Assembly (NCBI GenBank): GCA_018780035.1
Contig: JADMKE010000003.1
Location: 82,753 to 146,752, forward strand
DNA length: 64,000 nt
Origin: Candidatus Sericytochromatia bacterium
GTDB lineage: Bacteria; Cyanobacteriota; Sericytochromatia; UBA7694
Direction of reading: 5' to 3'
The position numbers were made by a program, and so were the translations under genes. Under the pieces are notes generated by a model. The model was given only the letters and a program-made list of their open reading frames with translations. It was not told where the DNA came from and did not search any database. Below, piece by piece: positions 37,739 to 48,200 of this stretch; position 1 is the stretch's first letter; the number at the start of each line of letters is the position of its first letter.

Positions 37739-38464
37739 GTGAAGGGGCTTTTTTTCATGGCCGAATCTGAAATACTCGGAACGCTCTTAATTAAACAGGG
37801 TAAATTGACCCATGAGCAACTCACTGAAGTTTTGGAGTATCAATGCCGTTTGCCCTCTTCGCAAATGATGAGCCTGGAAGAAATCTTGATTTCTTTTGAA
37901 TATGCCTCCGAAGCAGATATACAGGCTTTAAGACCCGAATTGTCTGCTCCCAATACGTACACCAATGTTGAGAATACTTTTGCAGCCCCAGCCGTCTCGA
38001 ACGATATGGAGACGATGTTAACTCTGAACCCCCCCAAAAAGCTCGGGCAAATCATGCTCGAAGAGCGCCTACTTGAAGAATGGCAATTGACCCATGCTCT
38101 CTTGGCCCAAAAAGAGCCCACCAACCAAGGTAAGCGTTTGGGCAGCCTACTACTGGAATTGGGCTATGTGGCCCAGGATAAATTATCTCGGGCTTTAAGC
38201 ATTCAATTGTCTGGGGCAGCAGCCCCTTATTTTGAACCGCTTCCGCCCAATGTGCCTAAATTGGGCGAACGACTGGTCAATGCAGGGATTATTCAAGAGT
38301 GGCAATTATTACATGCCCTGACCCTGCAAAGAGAAAACACAGATAAAAAAACAGGCTTGGGCACCTTATTGGTTCGACTCGGTTATGCCCCACAGGATGT
38401 CGTGGCCAAAGCCTTGGGTGAACAAGCCCAAGACAAACAAGACGACAGAGCTATTGGAAAATAA
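37739..38464 (+). CDS. Protein of three tandem T2SS-E N-terminal-like (GSPII_E_N) repeats
   Basis: 241 aa. Repeats LGTLLIKQGKLTHEQLTEVLEYQ, LGQIMLEERLLEEWQLTHALLAQ/LGSLLLELGYVAQDKLSRAL and LGERLVNAGIIQEWQLLHAL/LGTLLVRLGYAPQDVVAKAL. Confidence 0.55.
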   Translation: MKGLFFMAESEILGTLLIKQGKLTHEQLTEVLEYQCRLPSSQMMSLEEILISFEYASEADIQALRPELSAPNTYTNVENTFAAPAVSNDMETMLTLNPPKKLGQIMLEERLLEEWQLTHALLAQKEPTNQGKRLGSLLLELGYVAQDKLSRALSIQLSGAAAPYFEPLPPNVPKLGERLVNAGIIQEWQLLHALTLQRENTDKKTGLGTLLVRLGYAPQDVVAKALGEQAQDKQDDRAIGK

Positions 38465-39443
38465 CCACACCTGTCACATTGTCTTTGGGCACAATTGTAA
38501 ACGTTGTTGAACTGGCAGTGCCTTCAGCTGAAGACACGGTGATCACACCCGTGGTGGCTCCCTGGGGAATCGTTACCGTCACGCTATTGGCTGTGGTTGC
38601 TGTGATTGTGGCTTGAGCTCCCCCTGAAAAAGTGACAGTGGCTGCACTGGTTTGGGGATTAAATCCGCTCACTGTCAGGGTCACAGACTCCGAGACACTG
38701 CCCTGAGCAACACTCAAGGCTGTCACTTGCACAGTCGTGCCTGCTGGCGTTCCACCACCACCGGCGGGAGGGGCTCCTCCGCCACCGCCACCGCCGCCGC
38801 CGCCACCACCGCCGCCTGAGGATGGCGCACTGATGACTACTTCGATCTCAGCTTTGACAGTGGGATCGGACTTGAGGCTAACCACCACTTTGTAGCTGCC
38901 CGAGGTGGTTTTTGAGCGAATGACACCTTTGTTATCCACGCTGATCAGGCTTGGCGAAAGCGACTCCCAATTAAATTCGTATTTGGTTAAATCCAAATTA
39001 TTGCCATTGAGATCTTGAAGCAAGAGCTGAATGGACTGTTCGCTGCCAAAGCCAGACAATTCGACCCGGCCCGGAATTGCCCGTAATTTTAATGATGGAA
39101 CCGTATCACTCACACCTTTGACAGGTGCCTCAGGGGGTGTTTTTTCGGGGATTGTTGCCACCGGTGGCAGGGCTGTCGTTTTACTCGCCCCTGCAGGGCC
39201 CGTACTTCCGCCATCTCCGATGCCCCGATCATTGGGCGTGGGTGAGGGGACAGGCACCCGCTGCTGCTCAAAATTGTCTTGAATATTGGGATTGTTGGCA
39301 TTGCGGTTGCGTTCACTGAGATTCACCAAACCGCTCAGTGGCGCGCCATAATTCAGCTGAACATCGCTGCAGCTCCCAAAGACAAGCAAGCTAAGCGTTA
39401 ATGCAGTAAAAAGGTGAAAGGGTTTTTTTATGTTACTCATCAA
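38451..39443 (-). CDS. Surface lipoprotein with Big_2 Ig-like domain, poly-Gly linker and C-terminal IPT/TIG domain
   Basis: 330 aa. Lipobox LVFGSC, a Big_2-like segment, a G15 run, and IPT/TIG at the C-terminus (VTLTVSGFNPQTSAATVTFSGG...). Its start overlaps the upstream gene stop by 4 nt. Confidence 0.65.
   Translation of the reverse strand: MMSNIKKPFHLFTALTLSLLVFGSCSDVQLNYGAPLSGLVNLSERNRNANNPNIQDNFEQQRVPVPSPTPNDRGIGDGGSTGPAGASKTTALPPVATIPEKTPPEAPVKGVSDTVPSLKLRAIPGRVELSGFGSEQSIQLLLQDLNGNNLDLTKYEFNWESLSPSLISVDNKGVIRSKTTSGSYKVVVSLKSDPTVKAEIEVVISAPSSGGGGGGGGGGGGGGAPPAGGGGTPAGTTVQVTALSVAQGSVSESVTLTVSGFNPQTSAATVTFSGGAQATITATTANSVTVTIPQGATTGVITVSSAEGTASSTTFTIVPKDNVTGVVIFQ
38751..38817. repeat. 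GC-rich simple sequence (CCN/GGN)n tract encoding the Gly15 linker
   Basis: ccaccaccaccggcgggaggggctcctccgccaccgccaccgccgccgccgccaccaccgccgcc, a candidate site for slipped-strand length variation. Confidence 0.6.
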
Positions 39444-42400
39444 TTATTGACCGGCAAAGGTTGATAGCGATCGATTCGGCGAATGCCCCAACTTGTATCC
39501 GCTATATACAGTGTACCATCTGGGGCGAAGTCAATGCCTCTCGGGCTGCTAAATGTGGCCACGGTCAATGGTTTCCCTTCTGCTAAACCACTGGAGCCTG
39601 TTCCGGCGATCCTTGAGATCTGGCCAGAGGGGGTGATTCTGTAAATTTTAGAAGCACTGTTAAAGCCAAAATTACAGCAGGTAGCGGGCACAAAGACATT
39701 GCCATAGGGATCTACGCGGATCTCATGCATTTCCACCCAGGGGAGAGAATCCGAATTGGGCGGTGCAAAGGAATAACTCAAGGTCGCAAAAACCGTGACT
39801 TGGTTTGTCTGGAAATTGATTTTGCGAATCTGGTAATTATTCACATCGGCCACATAGACGTTGCCATCGCCATCGATGCCCAGGCCTTCCAAATGTAAGA
39901 AGCGGGCATCAGCAATCGGGCTCACGGGTGTGGCTCCGGCAGCACCCGCTGGCGCCCCCCCTGCAATAATCTGCACGTTGGGGGTGAGGGTTTTATTCAG
40001 ATCGTAGAGCTGGGTCTCTGCCAAGGTGGGCAAGGTATTGAGATTGGCAATTTTGGCCACAAAGACATTGGTGACGGTTGTGGTCGCATTCGGGGGATCT
40101 GTACAGGTTACAAACAATTCGTTGTTTTTGTTGATTTCGATCCCTTCTGGACCAGGCAAACGGGCGATGACCTGTACTTTTCCATCGGTGGTTATCTTTC
40201 GAATGGCGTGGTTACTGGTGTCTGCCACATAAATATTGCCAAAGCTGTCATTGGCCAAATCTTCTGGGCCAGAGAAACGGGCATTGGCCAAGGTGGTCTC
40301 TTTGAGTTTATCTGCGGGGAAAAACAATTCATCTTTGCGGAATCCCGCTGTACTGTCGCCAGAGACCCACTGGTTTTGGCCTGCCTGGTTAAATTTGTAA
40401 ATTTTGTGGCTGAGCGAGGCGATGTAAATATTGCTGTTGTGATCAACATTGATCCCGTGTGCGTTTTCGATTGCAAAGTTGATATCGGTGCGTGTCACCA
40501 GCGCCGCGTTGCCAACAAAATTGATCACGTCTTTGTACAACAGAGAAGAAACGGCACTGCCCGCTGGGTTAAAAATAGTCACGGTATCAAGCGGGTTGCC
40601 CACAGGCGGGGTGTTGATTGTAATTTGCGTGGAACTGTTGATGGTATAGGCGTTGGTGTTTAGGACAGTGGTTCCAATCATGACGACGGAACCTGTCACA
40701 TAACCTGTGCCTGTTAAAACAATCGGTCCGGTGGGTTGCAGGGGATCATTGGCAACATTTGTGATCGTCGGTGGTTTGAGCACTTGGAATTGGGTGGCAG
40801 AGTTACCGGATCCAGCTGGGGTGGTGACACTGATCGGCCCATCGGTGGCCCCGGCAGGCACCGTTACGGTGATTGTGCCATCATTATTAACCGTAAAGGT
40901 GGGGGCATTGACCCCATTAAATTGAATTTGGGTGGCACCTGTAAAATTGGCCCCAGTTAAAGTGACCTGATTCCCAATGGCTGCTGTCGGAGTGAAACTG
41001 CTGATCACAGGGGTGCTGACTGTATAAGTGGGGCTCTGCAGTGGATTGCCCCCATTAGGCGTGACCGTAATTGGCCCTGTTGTTGCTCCAGCAGGCACTG
41101 TCACCGTCACCGTATTGGCAGTTGTGCCGGTAATTGTAGCCGGTGTCCCCCCATTGAAAGTGACCGTTGGATTGCTCGTCGCAGGATTAAAGCCAGAGAC
41201 AGTAATGGTGACGCTGTCATTGGGTTTTCCACCAGGAGAACTGAGTGCAACCACTTGTTGGGGAATGGTCAGATTGTTGGCAGAGGTGCCCGTACCCAGG
41301 GGGGTTGTCACCTGAACAGGGCCTGTCGAAGCGCCCGGTGGAATGGTAAAGGTCAGGGTATTGTCGTTGACAACGGTCACGTTGTTTACGGCCAAACCAT
41401 TGACAGTGACTCCCGTTGCGCCAGTCAAATTGGCGCCTGTCAAGGTGACGGTGGCTCCCACACTGGCTGAGTCTGGTGTGACTGCGCTGATCACTGGGGT
41501 ATTGATGGCATAATTTGTGCTCTGCAGCGCTGTGCCCCCTTGGGGGGTGACGGAAATGGGGCCTGTGCTTGCCCCAGCAGGCACCGTGACAACCAAGGTT
41601 CCTGCTGTGGTCAGAGCGGTATTGATCGTGGCGGTTACGCCATTGGAGAAAACCACAGTCGGATTTTGGGTGGCATCAAAGCCTGAAACCTGAATACTGA
41701 GCGTATCTCCAACCTTGCCACCCGGACTGCTGAGTGAGACGATCCGGGTATCTACCGTAAAATTAGCCGTGTTGCTCAGTTTGCCATTGTTTGTCACTTG
41801 GATTGGCAGGGTGCCGCTGATACCGGGCGGCACCTTGACCACCAGCGAAGTGGCGGTTGACAATTCCACTGTGGCGGTGACGGTTCCAAATTTAACCACA
41901 TTGCCACCGGCAGGGTTAAAACCATCCCCACTGATTGTGATTTGGCTACCACTGGCCCCTTGTGTGGCACTTAATGCTTTCATGACAGGAGGCAAAACAA
42001 GGGGATTGTTGGTCGTTCCTTCAGTCAAGGTAACATTGCCATTGGCGTCCACTGTCAGATTTGTGCGGCTGCTGACGCCGCCATTCAGTCCGTCAATTTT
42101 GGCTATCGCCTGCCAGGTTCCCGGAATAATTTGGGGCAAATTGCCCGTGTCTTGACCGGCTGCAATCGAAATCGGCGCAGAAGCCGGATCGGTGATCTGC
42201 AATTGAATTGCTGAATTAAAAGCCACATTATTGGGCGTTCTCACCACCACATTCAGATTGGCCATCTGTTTGATCCAGGCCCCAGGGGGGGGATCCCCCT
42301 GATTGAGGGTGGGTACCTGACCATTGTTGTCCACCAACGCCTTGGCGAGAGCTTCAGCATTGACCCGCGAGGGATGCAGGGCAAAGGTATTGCCCCCCAC

Positions 42401-43147
42401 CGGGTGATTGCCATAAATGACCTGATCAAGCAGGGCGTTTAATTGGGTCAGATTGAGGTTCTCAACCAGTGCCGTGACTTGTTCTGGGGTCATATTGCCA
42501 GTGACAGCGGGCACCCGGTTGATCAGGGCTTCGAGAATCGCGGCGGTGGCGGTGCTGCGCCAGGTAAAGGTCAAAACCACCTCATTGCTGTTTTCAGGTG
42601 ATGAATAAACCGCTTTGAGCAGGGCTCCGGGTATTTCAAGGTGATTGGCTGAATTGTCATAGCCCTGAACACTGACAATGCGATTTTTGCCCCTGGGCAC
42701 GGTCTGTATTCGCAAAGCCGTATTTTCGCCATTGGAACTCACTGCGACATATTGGTTGAGATTGTAAATCGGAGCCGTGAGATCCGAACCCGTGACCCAG
42801 GCCCGCAAATGGGATATTTTATCGAGTTCCAACTGTTGGGTGCGCAGGCCTGGTCTTTGAATAATCACTTTTAAACGCAGCTCATCGCCTTTACCGCTAT
42901 TTGTAATCTGGGCTTGAGCAGAATCAATCAGCGGAACCTGAGGCAGGGTTTGTTGGGGCAGGTGTGGGTGGGTCTCTGCTTTGTCTGGCTGAAGGGGATT
43001 GCGATTGCCTGCATGCAAGACAGCGGGTGTAGAATGGGTGCCAGAAGGCAAGCTGCTACACGAAACCATTAAAAGGGCCAAAGCAACTTTAGCGTACTTC
43101 AAGTGATTTCCCCCTCTTGCTGAAGGCGGGCAATAGCAGACAGGCAA
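39440..43147 (-). CDS. Large cell-surface protein: about seven IPT/TIG Ig-like domains plus a C-terminal six-bladed NHL-repeat beta-propeller
   Basis: 1235 aa. N-terminal signal/lipobox (LLMVSC). Repeated G[AT]TGPI[ST]VTT-type IPT/TIG modules. NHL repeats at the C-terminus (GNIYVADTSNHAIRKI, GNVYVADVNNYQIRKI, GTLYIADTSWGIRRI). Confidence 0.75.
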   Translation of the reverse strand: MPVCYCPPSARGGNHLKYAKVALALLMVSCSSLPSGTHSTPAVLHAGNRNPLQPDKAETHPHLPQQTLPQVPLIDSAQAQITNSGKGDELRLKVIIQRPGLRTQQLELDKISHLRAWVTGSDLTAPIYNLNQYVAVSSNGENTALRIQTVPRGKNRIVSVQGYDNSANHLEIPGALLKAVYSSPENSNEVVLTFTWRSTATAAILEALINRVPAVTGNMTPEQVTALVENLNLTQLNALLDQVIYGNHPVGGNTFALHPSRVNAEALAKALVDNNGQVPTLNQGDPPPGAWIKQMANLNVVVRTPNNVAFNSAIQLQITDPASAPISIAAGQDTGNLPQIIPGTWQAIAKIDGLNGGVSSRTNLTVDANGNVTLTEGTTNNPLVLPPVMKALSATQGASGSQITISGDGFNPAGGNVVKFGTVTATVELSTATSLVVKVPPGISGTLPIQVTNNGKLSNTANFTVDTRIVSLSSPGGKVGDTLSIQVSGFDATQNPTVVFSNGVTATINTALTTAGTLVVTVPAGASTGPISVTPQGGTALQSTNYAINTPVISAVTPDSASVGATVTLTGANLTGATGVTVNGLAVNNVTVVNDNTLTFTIPPGASTGPVQVTTPLGTGTSANNLTIPQQVVALSSPGGKPNDSVTITVSGFNPATSNPTVTFNGGTPATITGTTANTVTVTVPAGATTGPITVTPNGGNPLQSPTYTVSTPVISSFTPTAAIGNQVTLTGANFTGATQIQFNGVNAPTFTVNNDGTITVTVPAGATDGPISVTTPAGSGNSATQFQVLKPPTITNVANDPLQPTGPIVLTGTGYVTGSVVMIGTTVLNTNAYTINSSTQITINTPPVGNPLDTVTIFNPAGSAVSSLLYKDVINFVGNAALVTRTDINFAIENAHGINVDHNSNIYIASLSHKIYKFNQAGQNQWVSGDSTAGFRKDELFFPADKLKETTLANARFSGPEDLANDSFGNIYVADTSNHAIRKITTDGKVQVIARLPGPEGIEINKNNELFVTCTDPPNATTTVTNVFVAKIANLNTLPTLAETQLYDLNKTLTPNVQIIAGGAPAGAAGATPVSPIADARFLHLEGLGIDGDGNVYVADVNNYQIRKINFQTNQVTVFATLSYSFAPPNSDSLPWVEMHEIRVDPYGNVFVPATCCNFGFNSASKIYRITPSGQISRIAGTGSSGLAEGKPLTVATFSSPRGIDFAPDGTLYIADTSWGIRRIDRYQPLPVNN

Positions 43148-43324
43148 TGGGTAAAGCGGCTGAGAGAATCATAACTGAGCTGGCCTTTAAATAATCACAC
43201 TATTTTTATTAAAACAATGTTGGTTTGGTCACAATCCACCTTATCTCAGTGTATACCCTTACCCTGTTTTAATTCTGCTGAATAGCTGGGATATTTAATC
43301 GTATTTTAATCAACAAAAAACAGT

Positions 43325-45076
43325 GTGCTCCCCAGACAGGGAACATTTGGCAAAAACCAACAAAGAAAGACAGTATCTGTTAAAATTATGTTAAACACTG
43401 TTGAAGAATGCAGAGACCTATTGAAGAGAGTTTTTCCCATGTCTGCCAAAGCTAAGCGGATTTTGATTTTTGACAACGACACTTCCCACCACAAACATCT
43501 TTTGCAATTACTTCCCGCGTCTGAGTGGGAATTGTCCATCGAACACGAACTGTATCAAGCCACCCAGCGCTTTAAAAATCGCCCCTTCGATTTTGTGATC
43601 TCCTGTTTGGACATGCCCGATGATGAAGGTGAAGAGTTCGCTTTTTGGGTGTGCGAAAATTATCCCAAGCGCAAAGTGATTTTGATTGGCTCTCCAGACG
43701 AAGATTTTTCCGATCAGGTCGATGAGCTGCGCCAGCATAAATCCGTTTTGGGGTTTATTCCCAAACCCGTGCCTGGATTGCGACTTTTGGGCCTTTTAGA
43801 CCAACAATCTCAGGGCCTTGAAGGGCAAGTTCAACGCATGAATTTGCTCGATCTGCTGCAAATGATGCGGATGAATAAACCCCAATGCCTGGTCTCTTTT
43901 AGCGATAAATTGACCCGGCAAGAGGGCATTCTCTATTTGCGCAGCGGAGAAATCATCCATGCAGAACTTTATGAAACCCACCCCAAAACCCTGGAACGCT
44001 ACCAAAAAGCAGAGGGGATAGAGGCCTTCAACCATATTGTGCAATTTAAAAATGGCGAGTTTCAAGAGAAAAACTGGACCGAACCTGCCCAAATCACCAT
44101 TCAATTGCCTTTTGACAGTCTCTCGATGAATGCCGCTCAGTTTATGGATGAAAGCGCTGGGCCAATTGATCCCTTTGCGACCGCCCAAGAGAATATCATA
44201 TTGAGAAATATTCTCTTGGTCGATACCGACCCCATGAGCAGGATGATCATTCAGCGTGCGCTTTTTGCCGAGGGCTTTAACTGTATTTCACTCAAAACGC
44301 CCCAAGAGGCCATGATGGCCATTGATGGCGATCCCATTGATCTGGTGATTACAGACACCCTGAGCCAGCACAGCTTTTTGCGTTGGTTGCAAAAACACTA
44401 TCCCCAATCCCCGGTGGTTGCGATTGTCAATGCCAGTGAAGAAGAATTGGAAGAAATTGAAAAGCTGGGACATGCCCGTTTGCTGGCCAAACCAATTGAC
44501 CTGCGCAAACTCAAACAATTATTGGCTGAGATCGGCCAGACGGGTTTTAAAGGCTTTCTCAGTCAGATTGGGGTTTTTGACTTCATTCAACTCAATCTCT
44601 CGGCCCTTGATCGCAAAAAGCTACATATCCGCGATTTGGCCACGAATATCGATGCCAAAGTGTATATCGACCGTGGACGTTTCGTTCACGCTATTTACAA
44701 AGAACTCGAAGGCCAAGAGGCTTTTTATAAAATCGTGGCAATTGAAAACGGTGATTTTTTCGAAGATCCTTCGTTTGATCCCCCCAAAGACACGCTCTCA
44801 GACATTATGCCCCACAAGCTGATGATTCAGGCCGCGCGCTTCTTGCCCGTTAAGACCACAGAAGCCCCCCCCGTTGCAGCACCGGCCTCAGGTGTGACCT
44901 CCCTCTTTGGGGACGATGAACCGCTTTCAATCAATCTGGGGCAAAACCCGCTGGCAGCGGGTGGCGTTTCTCCAGAAGGCGGTCTTTCCTCGCTTTTTGG
45001 TGACGAAGAAATCACCCTGAATCTGGGTGGAAGTTCAGACCAGGGCGGTATCACTTCACTCTTTGGCGATGATTAA
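43325..45076 (+). CDS. Multi-domain signalling protein: REC - DUF4388 - REC-like - DUF4388 with C-terminal SLFGD[DE]E repeats
   Basis: 583 aa. The likely true start is MSAKAKRILIFDND at 43439. REC-like phospho-acceptor region DFVISCLDMPDDEG. Two DUF4388-like segments (MNLLDLLQMMRMNKPQCLVSF ... GILYLRSGEIIHAEL, and FLSQIGVFDFIQLN ... KVYIDRGRFVHAIY). Three SLFGDD/EE repeats at the C-terminus. Confidence 0.6.
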   Translation: MLPRQGTFGKNQQRKTVSVKIMLNTVEECRDLLKRVFPMSAKAKRILIFDNDTSHHKHLLQLLPASEWELSIEHELYQATQRFKNRPFDFVISCLDMPDDEGEEFAFWVCENYPKRKVILIGSPDEDFSDQVDELRQHKSVLGFIPKPVPGLRLLGLLDQQSQGLEGQVQRMNLLDLLQMMRMNKPQCLVSFSDKLTRQEGILYLRSGEIIHAELYETHPKTLERYQKAEGIEAFNHIVQFKNGEFQEKNWTEPAQITIQLPFDSLSMNAAQFMDESAGPIDPFATAQENIILRNILLVDTDPMSRMIIQRALFAEGFNCISLKTPQEAMMAIDGDPIDLVITDTLSQHSFLRWLQKHYPQSPVVAIVNASEEELEEIEKLGHARLLAKPIDLRKLKQLLAEIGQTGFKGFLSQIGVFDFIQLNLSALDRKKLHIRDLATNIDAKVYIDRGRFVHAIYKELEGQEAFYKIVAIENGDFFEDPSFDPPKDTLSDIMPHKLMIQAARFLPVKTTEAPPVAAPASGVTSLFGDDEPLSINLGQNPLAAGGVSPEGGLSSLFGDEEITLNLGGSSDQGGITSLFGDD

Positions 45077-45232
45077 CTCAAAATTGATCTGAATCAATTC
45101 AGCATTTGATCCAGCCTCAGGAAATTGTATCTCTTCCTGTTTATGCTAAAGGCACCCGCTCTCTGCATTGATCTTCTTGATCATGTATTTCGGAGGGCAT
45201 TTAGGGATTTTGCTTAATTTTAGGAGAGCCCG

Positions 45233-48200
45233 ATGCAGCAGGACGTGGATACAGCCCAAACGATGGACGGCAATGAAGCCGTTGCAGATGTCGCTTATCG
45301 ATTAAATGAGGTCATTGCCCTTTATCCGATTACCCCCTCTTCTTCGATGGGTGAGTGGTCCGACAGCTGGGCTTCCGCCGCCCGACCCAATCTTTGGGGC
45401 ACGGTGCCCCGGCTGGTTGAAATGCAAAGCGAAGGCGGCGCAGCGGGTGCTTTACATGGGGCTCTGCAGGGAGGAACCCTGGCCACCAGTTTTACCGCTT
45501 CTCAAGGCCTCTTGTTGATGGTTCCCAATTTATACAAAATAGCGGGAGAATTAACGCCCCTGGTTTTGCACGTGGCTTCGCGCGCTTTGGCTGCCCAGGG
45601 CCTGTCCATTTTTGGCGATCACAGCGATGTGATGGCTTGCCGAGGTACAGGTTGCGCCCTCTTGGCCTCAAACACTGTCCAAGAGGCCCATGACTTTGCA
45701 CTCTTGGCCCAGGCAGCCAGTCTGCAAAGCCGAATTCCGTTTATCCACTTTTTTGATGGCTTTCGCACCTCTCACGAAATCAGCAAAATTCAGGTCTTGA
45801 GTGACACGATCTTAAAAAAACTGATCGATCCCCTTTGGATCCAAGCGCATCGCAAGCGGGCCCTCTCCCCTGAACACCCCTTTATTCGGGGCACAGCCCA
45901 AAATCCCGATGTCTATTTTCAGTCGCGCGAAACTGTAAATCCTTTTTATGCTGCCTTGCCCACCCTTTTACAGGCCCAGATGGACCAATTTGCAAGCTTG
46001 ACAGGACGTCAGTACAAACTCTATGAATACCAGGGCCACCCAGAGGCCGAAAGGGTGATTGTGGTAATGGGCTCAGGGGCAGAAACCGTTTTGCGGGCTG
46101 TTCAGCAATGCAATGCCCGTGGTGAAAAAGTGGGGGTGCTTAAGGTGCGCCTCTATCGGCCTTTTGGGGCTTCGACTTTTGTCTCGGCACTGCCAGCCAG
46201 TGTCAAACGGGTGGCTGTGTTGGATCGTTGCAAGGAACCCGGCAGTGGAGGTGAACCCCTTTTTCTCGATGTTGTCTCCGCGTTGCAACAGGCCCATATG
46301 CAGGGGGATTTTGCCGAATTTCCCAAAATCATAGGCGGGCGTTTTGGCCTCTCCTCAAAAGAATTTACCCCGGCCATGGCTGAGGGCATCTTTGCCCATT
46401 TAAACAGTTCTCAACTCAAACACGGATTTACAATTGGGATCGAAGACGATGTCAGCTTTACCCATTTGGCTTACGACCCCCTGCTGTTTCATGAGCCTGA
46501 GGGGGCCAATTGTGGCATCTTCTACGGTCTGGGCTCTGATGGCACCGTCGGTGCCAATAAAAACACGATCAAGATCATTGGCGAAGAAACCGCGCAACAC
46601 GCTCAAGGCTATTTTGTCTACGATTCCAAAAAAGCTGGAGCCATCACCATTTCGCATCTGCGTTTTGGCCCCGAGCGCTTTGAGGCCCCTTACTTGATTC
46701 AGCAGGCCCATTTTATTGCCTGTCACCAGCCGATGTTTTTGGAGCGACCAGATTTGCTCGATGCTCTTTTGCCGGGGGGTGTTTTTCTGCTCAACAGTCC
46801 CTTGGACAAAGAGACCGTCTGGGACCAACTCCCTCACCCCGTTCAGGCCCGTTTGATTGAACAAAAAGCCCGCTTTTATGTGATTGATGCCGGACGGGTG
46901 GCCAGCCTGTGTGGCATGCGTGGCCGCATCAATACGATCATGCAAACCTGTTTCTTTGCCATTTCGGAAGTTTTGCCCCGCGAACAGGCCCTGGATGCGA
47001 TCCGGGGAGCCATTCGCAAGTCGTATGCCGCCAAAGGCGAAGCGGTGATCAAGCGCAATCTGGAGGCCGTCGATCAGACCCTGTCCCATCTCTATCAGAT
47101 CCCTCTGCCAGAAAGTTGCAATAGTACCCGTGAACGCCATCTCTCTGTCCCAGCAAATGCCCCTGCATTTGTTCAAAATGTGTTGGGTGCAATGTTGGCT
47201 GGCAGAGGTGATCTCTTGCCTGTCAGTGCCTTGCCCGTCGATGGAACCTATCCCAGTGGCACCTCACAATGGGAAAAACGCAATCTGGCAGCCGAAATTC
47301 CGATCTGGGATCCGGCTGTCTGCATTCAATGCAACAAATGTGCCCTGGTCTGCCCCCACGCCGCGATTCGCGCCAAGGTTTACGAACCTGCTTTGTTAAG
47401 CACCGCCCCAGCCGGATTTCGCTCAGTTTCTGCCAGCGAACGCAGTTGGGACGGCCTCAATTACACCCTTCAGGTGGCTCCCGAAGACTGTACAGGTTGT
47501 GGCCTTTGCGTCGATGTCTGCCCTGCCCGCAACAAATCCGAGGCCCGGCTCAAAGCCATCAATATGGCTCCCCAACCTGCTCACAAAGCCGTTGAAATTG
47601 AAAATTGGGATTATTTCCTGAGCTTGCCAGAACTCAAACGCAGCATGATCAAACAGACCTCTGTGCGCCAACAACAAGTCATGTTGCCGCTGTTTGAATT
47701 TTCGGGGGCCTGTTCGGGCTGCGGCGAAACCCCTTATCTCAAGTTGCTCAGCCAACTCTTTGGTGACCGGCTGCTGGTGGCCAATGCCACGGGCTGTTCT
47801 TCGATCTATGGTGGCAATTTGCCCACGACCCCCTGGAGCCAAAACAGCGAAGGTCGGGGACCGGCTTGGTCCAATTCACTCTTTGAAGACAATGCCGAAT
47901 TTGGACTGGGTCTGCGTTTGGCCTTGGATAAACAACAGGAAATGGCGCTGGAATTGTTGCTCAAACTAGAACCTGCCTTGGACTGGAATCTGGTACAGGC
48001 CCTGATTGGGGCCGATCAAAGTGAAGAGTCCGAAATTTACGCCCAACGTGAAAGGGTTCAACTCCTCAAAAAAGCACTGGCTGAACTCTCACACGGCCTT
48101 GAAGCATCCCAAGCGCAACAGATTCAACAATTGCTGGAATTGGCAGATGCCTTGGTGCGCAAGAGCCTGTGGATAGTGGGCGGCGATGGTTGGGCCTATG

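Noticed and set aside
46400-47176. 258-aa minus-strand ORF
   Set aside because: Antisense inside the PFOR gene.
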